Positions 13,460 to 25,686 of a DNA stretch of 64,000 bases are shown here, in pieces (the stretch's first letter is position 1; every line of letters starts with the position of its first letter). The stretch covers positions 115,320,001-115,384,000 of the forward strand of contig OX597815.1 of assembly GCA_951406725.2 (NCBI GenBank), given 5' to 3'. The DNA comes from Octopus vulgaris. Its lineage: Eukaryota. The notes below the pieces were generated by a model that made no database searches, had not been told where the DNA came from, and worked only from the letters and a program-made list of their open reading frames with translations. Both the position numbers and the translations under genes were made by a program.

Positions 13460-14485
13460 CAAGCCGTAAACAACATGAAATACGAAAACAAATTAATTGA
13501 TATGCAAATAACAAGAGAAATAAATGAAAAACAAGACAAGTAACATAAAGAACGACCCTTCATCTGTTGGCGGCTATCCATCTACTCCTCATTTCAGGCA
13601 TTGAACAATAATATGAGTCTTCGAAGGCAGTTGTTCCTGCAAAAAAACAAAATTAAATTTGGGATTTGCAGAGGGTCAAAGCTGGTAATAAAAACAGGAC
13701 AGTGGAGACATACAAGGAAACCGAACAAAAACAAACATGGTGGGTCATTAGACCAGACGAATTTAAAATAGCGAACACTGGAGAAATATTTTCTTTGACA
13801 AGAGAGAAGATAGAAGAGAGAGCCAGATAGGATATGTGCAGTCTCTATGACAGCCCTGAAAGCAAAGAAAGATGATCACATGAGGAAAAGAAAGACAAAC
13901 GATGGTCACGTATAAGCAACAAGAGAAAGTGAGAGCAAAAGAGAAAGAGGGAGAGAGAGAAAGAGATAGACAGAAAGCAGTGAAGGGAGAAAAAAGGAAT
14001 TAGAAAAAGGACGAGAGAGAAAATTATGAGGAAAGGACAGTATAGGGTAGAATCGCATCAAAAACATTAAGATAAACTTACTTGGAAATAGATGCATTCA
14101 ATCAAATAATAATATAAATAATATAAACATATATCTGTCTGTCTGTCTCTTTCTCCTTTACACTCTCTCCCTTTCTCTCTCTTTCTCCTTTTCTCTCCCT
14201 CTCTCTCATTGCTCACACATGACCATCGTCCATCTTTCTTTTCTCCATGTGATCATCTTTCTTTTCCTTTTTCCTTCAGGGCTGTCATAGAGACTGCATA
14301 TATCCTATCTGTCTCTTTCTCTTCTATCTTTTCTCTTGTCAAAGAAAATAATTCTCTAGCATTCACCATTTTAACTTCATCTGGTCTAACAATCCTCCAT
14401 GTTTGTTTACTTGTATATCTCCACTGTCCTGTTTTTGTTACCAACTTTGACCCTCTGCAAATCCCAAATTTTATTTTGGTTTTTG
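13460..14485. mobile_element. Penelope-like pseudo-LTR fragments in inverted arrangement
   Basis: About 13650-13910 is repeated in inverted orientation at about 14220-14480. Same family as 53000-54030. The Penelope assignment is inferred from the architecture. Confidence 0.5.
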
Positions 14486-14559
14486 TATGTATGTATGTAT
14501 CTATGTATGTATATATATGTATGTATGTATGTGTGTATGTATGTTTGTATGTTTTATAT

Positions 14560-15090
14560 GTCAGGTCATTTTCGAGTGCTACTGGTAACATGTAACCCAG
14601 TACAACCTGTTGCATGGTCGGATCGTCGGCAACTAAACCGGCAACCCCACCAAGCTACTGGACACCCTGTGGGATGAAAAACAAAACCCATCAAAGGGCT
14701 GAGGAACTCCTGAGAGTCCACGGCCATCCAATAAATGTCTTAAGGCTGTATCATGCGCAGGGACATAGAAATAATCGGACTGAATACCCGATCGCGCGGT
14801 TAAACCATTGGGAGTGAAGGACTCCTAGCCTTTGCTAGGGCATCCTTCTAGGAGAACGTAACTCAGGTAACTGGGATAACTCTGACATAAAACCCGCAGC
14901 TCAGTGGTTACCGATGATGTTGACTTGTTCTCTTTTCGGATTATGGCTGCTGTTGCTTAGTGAGTGGGATTGACTCAGTGCACAGCCTTTCCTCACTTAA
15001 AAAAAATCTTCTTGCACAGGCATTGCATGATAACAACATTAATTAAGCTTCGCGCAATGGCCATACTCAATAACAAGGGGGCAGCTACCA
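14560..15090. mobile_element. ~530-bp GC-richer non-coding insertion, possibly RTE 5'-UTR-derived
   Basis: Imperfect TSD ATGTTTTATATGT / ATGTTTTGTATGT. Contains CTTCTAGGAGAACGTAACTC, similar to RTE 5'-UTR motifs. Confidence 0.5.
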
Positions 15091-15304
15091 TGTTTTGTAT
15101 GTATGTATGCATATATGTATGTATGTAAAAGTAGCAGAAATATAACAAAAGCTGTTACTCAGAGTTTCACGAACAAGAACATAAAACTCTGAGTAACAGC
15201 TTTTGTTATATTTCTGCTGCTTTTAAATAAAGCATATTACTCTACCTCTGGTATTTGAGTACTATTTTTTCCACCTTGTTTCACATTTGTGTGCTTCCTC
15301 CAGC

Positions 15305-15337
<33 letters not shown>

Positions 15338-16483
15338 TGTACATATATATATGCATAGACATATATATATATGTATATATGTGTGTGTGTGTGTGTATGT
15401 CTGTCTATCTATATCTATCTAGCTATCTAATTATCTATATATCTACCTGTCTATCCATTTATCTATTTTTCTATCTATCTAATTGTTTCTCTATCTGTCT
15501 GTCTACCTACCAACCAACCTACCTACCTACCTACCTACCTACCTACATACATACATACATATATACATACATACATATATAAATACATATTCACACATAT
15601 ACATGTGTGCACATGCATACACACACACACACACATAAATATCTAATTCTCTCAAACTTGTTTTCAACAGATTCCATACATTTCCACCCACTAACTTATA
15701 AAGTTAGTGTACTTGATGTCTGTTTAATCAAACAGAATTTCACACACATACACTCACGCACAACCACACACAAACAAAAATGAACACAGAGGTTATGAAG
15801 AAGCCTCTATAGTGGTGGTTTAACTTTCTAGAAACAGCAGTCAAATCTTCTTCACATCATACCCTAGCTTCTTAAAAAATGGGGGAAAAAAAGGAGGACA
15901 GCTTGGATAATGTGGTCCTAAATATAATGTCTGAAATTGGGACTAGTGGAAATATGATCATCTGGTCTCCAACATCAGGTGGAGCTTTAACTCCCTTGAT
16001 TTTAGTTCCCTGGACATCTACACCAGTAATATAACCAAAGATGGTGACAAGTTGGTAGCTTCCACTCAGTGAAGGACTCACTAGAGGTTGGCACCAGGAA
16101 CATGCTGGGTAGTATATGCAAAGGCATGAAGTCACTACCATGGCTAGGTCAGGGCCACCAATGACACTGGGAGTGGTTTTCTTGAAAGGCCTGTTTCATT
16201 AATCTCCTAATATAATAATGAGTGTAGTGTTTTTATATATCTGTATATATATATATTACGGAGATGTACTCGCATAGCAAGTAATTTGATCTGAGATCAT
16301 GTGCTGAAACAAAAACAATTGCAGCATGGAAGGTGTTTATAAGCTATTTAAGAAACACACAAAAGCCGTTCGATTCACTTCAACATTTTAGTTTATACAT
16401 ATACGTATAAACTTAAATGTTGAAGTGAATCGAACGGCTTTTGTGTGTTTCTTAAATGGCTTATAAACACCTTCCACGCTGCA

Positions 16484-16525
<42 letters not shown>

Positions 16526-16775
16526 TATTAGAGACAAAACCACTATTTTGCAAAACAAACAAGGAAAGACTTAATCAATACATAAAATTTTAATAAATGG
16601 CAGTTTTTTTGACTATTTATTAAAATTTTATGTATTGATTAAGTCTTTCCTTGTTTGTTTTGCAAAATAGTGGTTTTGTCTCTAATAATATTTTATAATA
16701 TTTTACTATAAAATTGGATTTAATCCTAAATCTGATTTTTTCCCTGTAAATTTGGATTTATTCCCTAATATTTAT

Positions 16776-16824
<49 letters not shown>

Positions 16825-16825
<1 letters not shown>

Positions 16826-17199
16826 TAGCAGTATCGCATGGTGTTGCTCGGGTTTGTTTCGACCCTTTAGAACTGGAATTTTTGAAAAGTAAAAATTTTG
16901 CATTATATAGCTTCTTATTCTCTTTAAGTGAATATTTTTCTGGTGGAAATACAGCGAAAAATGTCAACACAGCAGTCAAAAAATCGTAAAAAATAGGGAT
17001 TTTCATAGAAAAAAAGCACCTTTTGATGTAAATAATTTTGGGTGTTAACATGGTCCAATTTGAATTTTTTATTCTACGGAATGAAGAGCAAGCCTTCTTC
17101 TATCATACTCTCAATTTTGGTCAACTTGCACCGCAATGTCTCGGAGGAGATAGTGTTAGTTGAAGGCTACCAAACCTGCCATACACAGACAACTTCAGC

Positions 17200-17203
<4 letters not shown>
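16825..17203 (+). mobile_element. Non-autonomous Helitron/Helentron-like (HINE-type) element in (TA)n
   Basis: Starts ACTAGCAGTATCGCATGGTGTTGCTCGGG and ends CATACACAGACAACTTCAGCTTC-(AT)n. A related start lies at 29837. Confidence 0.55.
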
Positions 17204-17240
<37 letters not shown>

Positions 17241-17784
17241 CCAAAATCACAGAGTAGGAGTAGGATGGAGTAGGAGAAAATGTAGTATAAGTGAAGGGAG
17301 AGGAGAGAAAATAGTAATTCAGTGAAGGAGAAGTAGTAAGAGTAATAGCCCTGACTGAGAGACAGTGAGAGAAAATAACAGCAATGGAGAAAGGAAGGGG
17401 TGATAATTGAATAAGGAAGGAAGGGGTGAAAAAATGTGTGTGTATGTAAAAGAGGGGTATGTGAATGTTTGTGTGTGGGGGAGGGATGCACGTGCATGCA
17501 TGCTCAATAGAAATGGGATGGTGAATGTTCAATGCTGAAAAGAAAAATCAAACAGCATTTCAACTCTGTGTGAGTATATGTGTGTATGTGTTTGCATGTA
17601 TGAGGGAAGTATGGGAATCTTTATATCTATGATTATTATGTACCTTATTTCATACATTATTTATATATAAAATACTACAATTAGCTATCATATTTGATGG
17701 CACAGGGTCAGCTACTGTATATATATATCTAGTGGAATGCATGTTGCATTATCTAGGTATATATTTTCTTTTCTTTTTCATATA

Positions 17785-17825
<41 letters not shown>

Positions 17826-17839
17826 ATATATATATATAT

Positions 17840-18255
17840 AGGTGCAGGAATGGCTGTGTGGTAAGTAGCTTGTTTACCAACCACATGGTTCCGGGTTCAG
17901 TTCCACTGCATGGCACCTTGGGCAAGTCTTCTACTATAGCCTCGGGCCGACCAAAGCCTTGTGAGTGGATTTGATAGACAGAAACTGAAAGAAGCCCGTC
18001 ATATATATGTATATAATGTGTATATATATATATATGCGTGTGTGTGTATTTGTGTGTCTGTGTTTGTCCCCCTAGCATTGCTTGACAACCGATGCTGGTG
18101 TGTTTATGTCCCCGCTACTTAGCGGTTCGGCAAAAGAGACCGATAGAATAAGTACTGGGCTTACAAAGAATAAGTCCCGGGGTCGAGTTGCTTGATTAAA
18201 GGCGGTGCTCCAGCATGGCCGCAGTCATATGATTGAAACAAGTAAAAGAGTAAAA
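17840..18255 (+). mobile_element. tRNA-derived SINE family A with internal (TA)/(TG) tract
   Basis: A-box TGGCTGTGTGGTAAG and B-box GGTTCAGTTCC. Other copies at about 34255-34640(-), 37848-38200(+), 42138-42535(+), 48780-49360(-), 49815-50200(-), 54210-54370(-). Confidence 0.85.
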
Positions 18256-18299
18256 AAGTATATATATATATATATATATGTATGTATATATGTAGGTAT

Positions 18300-18412
<113 letters not shown>

Positions 18413-18675
18413 AAGGTAGACAGATAGATATTTACATAAGTCTGGTGATGCAAACAACAAAATAGGCCTCAAAACCTGAGTATATATAAATTTTCATTAT
18501 ATATATATTTATGTATGTATGTATACATACATATATATATATATTTATGTATGTATGATACACATTTTTATTACACACACACACACATATATATATATAG
18601 TAATCCCTCGACTATCATGGGTGTTACATTCCCAAACCCCTGAGATAGGTAAAAATCTGTGAAGTAGAAACTGTA

Positions 18676-21600
18676 GTGTATTGTACTGACAGAGCTCGGC
18701 ATGACAACATTATCAACTTTAGAACATGTCCTGGCCTACCACCCAATGTACGCCCAAAGCTAAGATCCGTGGCTTCCCTAAATCGCAACTCTGTGCCACG
18801 GGAGAGTTTTAGCCTCCGTGATAATAATAATAATAATAATAATTGTGTACAGTGCTCAGGTGCACTACAACTCATCTAAAGTGTATATATAATCAGGTGT
18901 AGTTTCGACGGATTTCGGGAAGCATGAGGGCCTTAAAGGATGCAGTGTCATGGCAGTCAACAACTGATGCAGCAGTTTATTCCACGCTTCAGCAACCCTG
19001 AGCGTGAAAAAATGTTTCCGGAAGTCATGGGAGCTGTGCTGTTTTCTGACTTTGTAGGCATGTCCACGTGTGTTAGACACATGGAGATCAAAAAGGTGTT
19101 CAGTGTTGTTGTTGGGCAGATCTGGAAATTTGTCAAGTCTGGTGAGTCGTGGATAAGGGATGCCAGTTGGACTGAGCAGACTACACCCACAACAACAACT
19201 GGCAATGCAAAAATCTTGGGAAACTAACCAAGAACAATCAGCCATCCCTTGTATATCATCATCTGAAATCCAGATATAAACTGCTGTCCTTGAATGCCCG
19301 TATTTTATGCAACAAGGTGCATCTTTTTGTCTCCTATGTCAAAAGTATCAACCCAGATTTCATCACAGTCACAGAAACGTGGGCACACTCTGCACTCTGT
19401 GATGGAGTTTTCAGCATAGCCGGCTACAACCTGTTCCGCAAAGACCGCATTAATCGCCGTGGAGGGGGTGTGATGATTTATGTTCAATCAAGTCTATCGG
19501 CAATCCCCTGTGATGATTTGAACCAATCTCAGCAGAAGGTATTTTCCTGCAATGTACACATGACCATATCAACAATTCTGCTCGGAGTCGTTTAACGTCC
19601 TCCAAATTATCGCCAAGACGCACAGCTTTTTGATATCCTCAGGGCGGCTGCCATGAAAACAGCCACATATGGGTATGTTGCGGGGGACTTCAATTTCCCT
19701 GAGATTGACTGGGAGGCCTTCTGTTGGCCACAAAGTGCAGACGATTTCCTTGAACTGGTGCTGAATTCAAATTGGTCCCAAGTTGTTACCTCCCCCACAA
19801 GGGGTAACAACACTTTGGATCTGCTACTTACCGCTTCTCCTGAAACAATCATTAGTGTCGCTACCGAAGAACCTTTGGGTGACTCTGATCATTCCATGAT
19901 CATGGCTGACTTGTCTCTGATTGGTTGTAACAAAAAACACAACCATCTTCAGATTGCCCACTTTGACTGGAATAAAGCAAACTGGAGCTCTTATTGTACT
20001 GAGCTGCAACGCCCAAACTGGCACGAATTTTATGCCTCTGGAGATGTGGACACTATACTCCAGAACATTCTGAATTCAATATGGGCAGCATGTGCAGCAT
20101 CAGTACCATGCAAGCACAAAAATCCACCCAATAGTGCAATTTGGGAGACTGCAGCAGTCCGACTTGCCAGGAAAGAATGCTGTAATGCTGAACGGGAATA
20201 CAAATTGCACAAATCAGAGAGCAACAGGAAAAAGCGCAATAGGTCAGCCAACCACCTCAAGCAGGTGACAAAAAAGGCAGTGCTTGAATTTGAACAACGC
20301 ATTGCAGCTAACCCTGACAGTAAAGGGTTCTGGAAGTATGTGCACTCAAAGCAGAGACCCCACTCTCCAGTTGGTCCCCTTCGCAATCCCCACACAGGAC
20401 AGATTACTGGCAATCCCGAAGAATGTGCAGAAATCATTGCTGGATGCTATGCCGGCATCTTTACTGTCGAAGACCAAAATGTTCCATCTTCATCACCACT
20501 GACATCGGACTCTATATCTTCTATGCAATTTACACCAGCAATGCTGCAATGCCACCTAAAGAATAAACGCAATTATGCCTCTCCTGGTCTCGATGGTGTT
20601 ACATACCTACTTCTCAAACGCGGTGGGTACTTTCTTCTAAGCCAACTTTCTCTATTCTTCCAATTCTGTCTTGACAATGGTGTTACTCCAGAACAGTGGA
20701 AAACTGCCAGTGTCATCCCTCTGTTCAAAAAAGGCGACCGCACATCGCCTGTCAACTATCGCCCCGTCAGTCTTACTAGCTGCATCGCCAAACTGATGGA
20801 ATCCTGTATCAGAGAAACCCTCTGGAACTTCTGGAAGTCTCACAGCCTCATCCAGCCGTCACAATTCGTATTTATTCCTAACTCCAGCTGCTGTAATCAA
20901 CTCATCGAGTTTCTTGAGGACGTTGCCCAAATCACTGATCGCGGATCCTGGGTGGATGTTGTTTACCTGGACTTTGCTAAGGCTTTTAACTCTGTGCCAC
21001 ACAAAAGACTTATGGTGAAGCTTTTGCGTTGGGTGTAAGAGACGAACTCTATAACTGGTTAAAGTCCTTTATTTTCGTCCGAAAAGAGGTTGTCACAGTT
21101 CTAGGACAGCACTCTTCGCCCTATGAGATGACATCTGGTGTGCCGCAGGGATCTGTTCTTGGCCCCCTTTTATTTGTTGCATATGTTAATGACATAGATG
21201 CCAACTTAAAGAATGCCACAGTGCTGAAATATGCAGATGACATCAAGCTGTACCTCGAAATAAAGAGGTCAGATCCTGTACACTATGGATCTCTATTGCA
21301 AGCAGACCTGGACACAATGCAGCAGTGGATCATGGACTGGCAACTCAAGCTGGCTGTGGACAAATGTACCACCATGCATTTTGGGAGGAGAAACCCAGCG
21401 TCCACCTACTCCCTCCACAACACTAGTCTCAAAAAGTCTTCATGTGAACGTGACCTGACCTAGGTGTTATTGTCGACAGTGATTTGCGTTGGACAAAACA
21501 CATCGCTAAAATTGTCAAGAAGGCTGAGGGTGTCTTGGCATCACTCACCAAATCCTTTGTGAGCCGCTCTCCGGCTATCTATCTGCGGCTTTATATAGCT

Positions 21601-22204
21601 ATGGTAAGACCTCACCTGGAATTTGCATCACCGGTCTGGAACCCCTATCTTGCCCAGGATATCGATCATCTGGAAGCTCTTCAGTGACGTGCAACCAAAA
21701 GAATACCCTCCATCAGGCATTTGCCATATCCTGAACGCCTTACTTCCCTGGGTTTGGACACATTGAAACTCCGACGTCTGGCAGCTGACATGGCAGACAC
21801 CAATAAAATTATCAACCATCGCACAAACAAAAACTCTGAGCACCTCTTCAAACTCCACCCATCTAACACCCGTGGACATATTTACAAAGTAAGAAAACAG
21901 CACAGCTCCCATGACTTCAGGAAACATTTTTTCACACTGAGAGTTGTTGAAGCATGGAACAAACTTCCAGCATCGGTTGTTAGTTGTTGGAGCACTGCAT
22001 CCTTCAAAATTTCCATGCTTCCTGAGATTCGCCAACACTACACTTGATTTTCTCCCCTCCATACACACACAAGCATGTATCTGACTCATACACTGTTCAC
22101 TTTCCAGACATTTCTACATTACTGCATGTACTTTATATGCACTTTCTGACAAGTTGTGGTGCACCTGAGCACTGTATACAATAATTTCATTATTATTATT
22201 ATTA
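18676..22204 (+). mobile_element. CR1-group LINE: end of ORF1 plus near-complete but disabled ORF2 (APE + RT)
   Basis: APE motifs LNAR, ITVTETW, RKDR..RGGGV, AGDFNFPEIDW, LDLLLT, SDHS. RT motifs NYRPVSLTS, VYLDFAKAF, SGVPQGSVLGP, YADDIKL. Stops at 19593 and 21685, frameshifts near 21025 and 21455, (ATT)n tail. Confidence 0.95.
18821..19120 (-). mobile_element. 3' end of a related CR1 subfamily inserted antisense in ORF1 of the host CR1
   Basis: NTRGHAYKVRKQHSSHDFRKHFFTLRVAEAWNKL, CACCTGAGCACTGTACAC 3' motif and (ATT)n tail. Confidence 0.9.
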
Positions 22205-23015
22205 TATTTCTTTCATAATTTTTATATTTTGTATATATCTATTATATTATAAATGCAAAACAACACCTTGGAGAAATCAATGTAAGCTTAGATAATAAAC
22301 TGCGATAGGTGAACCGCAATATGGCATGGGATTACTGTATAAATGCACACACCATGCATACACACATACACTACTCATACATGTATACATACACACACAC
22401 AAGCACAACAAACGTGCACATACACACGTACACACATACAACACACAGAAGGTGCAGTGGGAATTTGTAAACTAAGCAAACAAAAGAAACAAGAACAAAT
22501 ACATATATAGATACATACCTACATACATATATGTATGTAGATATATATGTGTGTATATATGTATGTTTGTGTGATGTTTGTGTGTGTGTGTGTGTAATGC
22601 ATAGAGAATTTCAGCTACTTGTCAAGTGACTACATCGGATGTCGTGTGGTGACTGGTGAAATTTGAACAATACAATCATGTAAAAGTCATTCTAAGAAAG
22701 CACAAAAACCTGTTATATTCACTTTTTGCTTATTTCTTCATAACAGTATCTCTTATGATGTTTAAGAAGTTACTGATGTAATTCGACTGCATCTGGAACT
22801 GTGTCAGTCGCCAGGTCACAAATATGCATTGTAACCTTTTTGACATTTTCATAATAAGCAGTAGGATTACAATACATAGAAAGGGAAAATAAAAAGCTTT
22901 TGTGCATTCTTAAATTACTAGAAAGGGAAAATAAAAAGCTTTTGTGCATTCTTAAATTACTAAAATGACTTTACCACAATGTTACATGTGTGTGTGTGTG
23001 TGTGTGTGTGTATAC

Positions 23016-23547
23016 ATACAAGAGGATGCTAAAAAGTTCCTTTTTTTTTTGTCGCCCTTTTCAATCCTAGCCAGGCTCATGGGCCCGGTTTCCCAATTTC
23101 TGTGGTGTATGTGCTCCCCCCAGCTGGACAGGACGCCAGTCCATCACAGCGTTACTCAAGAAACAGGAAGAGAGAGTGAGAGAAAGTTGTGGCAAAAGAG
23201 TACAACAGGGGTCGCCACCACCCCCTGTGGGAGCCTCGGGGAGCTTTTAGGTGTTTTCGCTCAATAAACACACACAGCACCCGGTTTGGGAATCGAAACC
23301 ACAATCCTCCGACCGCGAGTCCGCTACCCTAACCACTGGGCCACTGGACCGAAAAGCTCCTTACTCTGGGTAAAAGAAAATACAGGAAGATCAGTTAATT
23401 ACGATTTTATTCAACATTTTTCTCCTCTTAGAGTCACACACTTATTGCAGCAGTTTTTCTAAGCCCTGTAAAAAAATACTCAGAATGTTGGGCCTCCAGC
23501 CAGGCCTTTCATGAGATCCTTAAAGCCAGGAACTTTTCAACACTTCC

Positions 23548-23550
<3 letters not shown>
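23016..23550. mobile_element. Mariner-type MITE interrupted by a SINE
   Basis: TACAAGAGGATGCTAAAAAGTTCC versus inverted GGAACTTTTCAACACTTCCTTG. Confidence 0.65.
23045..23346 (-). mobile_element. tRNA-derived SINE
   Basis: Minus head GTGGCCCAGTGGTTAGGGTAGCGGACTCGCGGTCGGAGGATTGTGGTTTCGATTCCC, poly(A) tail, near-TSD AAAAG(T/C)TCCT. Confidence 0.85.
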
Positions 23551-23639
<89 letters not shown>

Positions 23640-24380
23640 ATATAGGTATAGTGATGCAAACAGGAAAAACAGAACTCAAAATATAAGTATATGTATATTT
23701 CTATCAATATTTAGCAGAAGCACAGAGTGATTCAAGGGCCGATGTATGTATGTATGTATGTATGTATGTATGTATGTCTACACACATGTCCATGCGTGTG
23801 TATATATGTGCGTGTTCGTGCCTGAGTATACGTGTTGCGTGCATTCACATGCGTGTGCATGTGCGTATGACACTACATGATACATAGAATGAATATATAC
23901 ACAAACTTAGAAATATATAGTCCTATGAACCAAACCATAAAAATATGTGAATACGAACCAATTGTGCATATACTAAAAATGCATACTGCATGCAATTATA
24001 TATGTGCGTATATACGTGTGGGATAGGTGCTCATAGGATAATCATATTTAATACAAGGGAGATAATAATGTAGAAGTTGTTCCCCTTTATATGAATATTT
24101 GTTTGTTTACTCCAAAACTTTACGCGACTTCACTTGTTTTTGCTCGTGATTTTATCGTGTTTTCGTCCTAGATGAAGACGAACACCAATGTTCCATGCAA
24201 TAGGTTTGAAAATTGTCAAGAGATATACCTCTCTTAACATGAAACTAATGACAACTTAGTTAAACCACATAAAAAGAATATTTATCCACCAATGCAGTGT
24301 GGAGCACTCATCTTCACTGTTCAATATCAACGTATGTGTGTGTTAGTATGTGTATGTACGACGGGCTTCTTTCAGTTTCT

Positions 24381-24612
24381 TATTTCATTACTACCCACAA
24401 AGGGCTGCACACAGAGGGGACAAACAAGGACAGACAAACGGATTAAGTCAATTATATAGGCCCCAATGCGTTGGTACTTATTTAATAGACCCCGAAAGGA
24501 TGAAAGGCAAAGTCGACCTCGGCGGAATTTGAACTCGGAACGTAGCGGCAGACGAAATACCGCTAAGCATTTCACCCGGCGTACTAACGTTTCTGCCAGC
24601 TCGCCGCCTTCT
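24381..24612 (-). mobile_element. tRNA-derived SINE family B, young, inserted in a family A SINE
   Basis: GGCGGCGAGCTGGCAGAA..GAGTTCAAATTCC..GCCTTTCATCCTTTCGGGG. Direct repeat CTTCTTTCAGTTTCT at 24366-24380 and 24608-24622. Other copies near 38390, 43725, 51360, 55500, 56465, 57170, 60490. Confidence 0.9.
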
Positions 24613-24705
24613 TTCAGTTTCTGACTACCAAACCCACTCTCAAAGGCTTTAGTAAAAGGCATATGTCCAAGGTGTTACGCAGTGGGACTGAACCCAGAAC
24701 TATTT

Positions 24706-25686
24706 ATAATAATAATATTGAAATTATTGTATACAGTGCTCAGGTGCACCACAACTTGTCAGAAAGTGCGTATAGAGTATATGCAGTAATGTACAAATGT
24801 CTGGAAAGCGAACAATGTATGAGTCAGATACATGCTTGTGTGTCTATGGAGGGGAGAAAATCAGGTGTAGTGTTGGCGAATTTCAGAAACATGGAAGTTT
24901 TGAAGGATGCAGTGCTCCGACAACTAACAACTGATGCCGGCAGTTTGTTCCATGTTCAGCAACTCTCAGCATGAAAAAATGTTTCCTAAAGTAATGGGAG
25001 CTGTGCTGTTTTCTGACTTTGTAAATATGTCCACGGGTGTTAGATGGGTGGAGTTTGAAAAGGTGCTCAGAGTTATTGTTTGTAAGATGGTTGATAATTT
25101 TATGGGTGTCTGCCAAGTCAGCTGCCAGACGTCGGAGTTTCAATGTGTCCATGCCCAGGGAAGTAAGGCGTTCAGAATATGGCAAATGCCTGATGGAGGG
25201 TATTCTTTTGGTTGTACGTCGCTGAAGAGCTTTCAGACGATTGATATCCTGGGCAAGATAGGGGTTCCAGACCGGTGATGCAAATTCCAGGTGAGGTCTT
25301 ACCATAGCTATATAAAGCCGCAGATAGATAGTCGGAGAGCGGCTCACAAAGGATTTGGTGAGTGATGCCAAGACACCCTCAGCCTTCTTGACAATTTTAG
25401 CGATGTGTTTTGTCCAACGCAAATCACTGTCGACAATAACACCCAGGTCAGGTCACGTTCACATGAAGACTTTTTGAGACTAGTGTTGTGGAGGGAGTAG
25501 GTGGACGCTGGGTTTCTCCTCCCAAAATGCATGGTGGTACATTTGTCCACAGCCAGCTTGAGTTGCCAGTCCATGATCCACTGCTGCATTGTGTCCAGGT
25601 CTGCTTGCAATAGAGATCTATAGTGTTCAGGATCTGACCTCTTTATTTCGAGGTACAATTTAATGTCATCTGCATATTTCAGCAGT
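24706..25686 (-). mobile_element. 5'-truncated CR1 copy, inverted relative to 21220-22204
   Basis: From LKYADDIKL to the (ATT)n tail. It splits the family A SINE head (GAACCCAGAACT | GTGGTTGGAAAGC). Confidence 0.95.

Larger units (their letters stand above)
18598..22339. mobile_element. Tigger/pogo-type MITE split by CR1 insertions
   Basis: Left end TAGTAATCCCTCGACTATCATGG (18599) matches the inverted right end CCGCAATATGGCATGGGATTACTGTA (about 22314-22339); TA flanks. Confidence 0.7.

Noticed and set aside
19653-21038. 461-aa ORF as a functional or domesticated gene
   Set aside because: It is a fragment of CR1 ORF2 bounded by stops and frameshifts.
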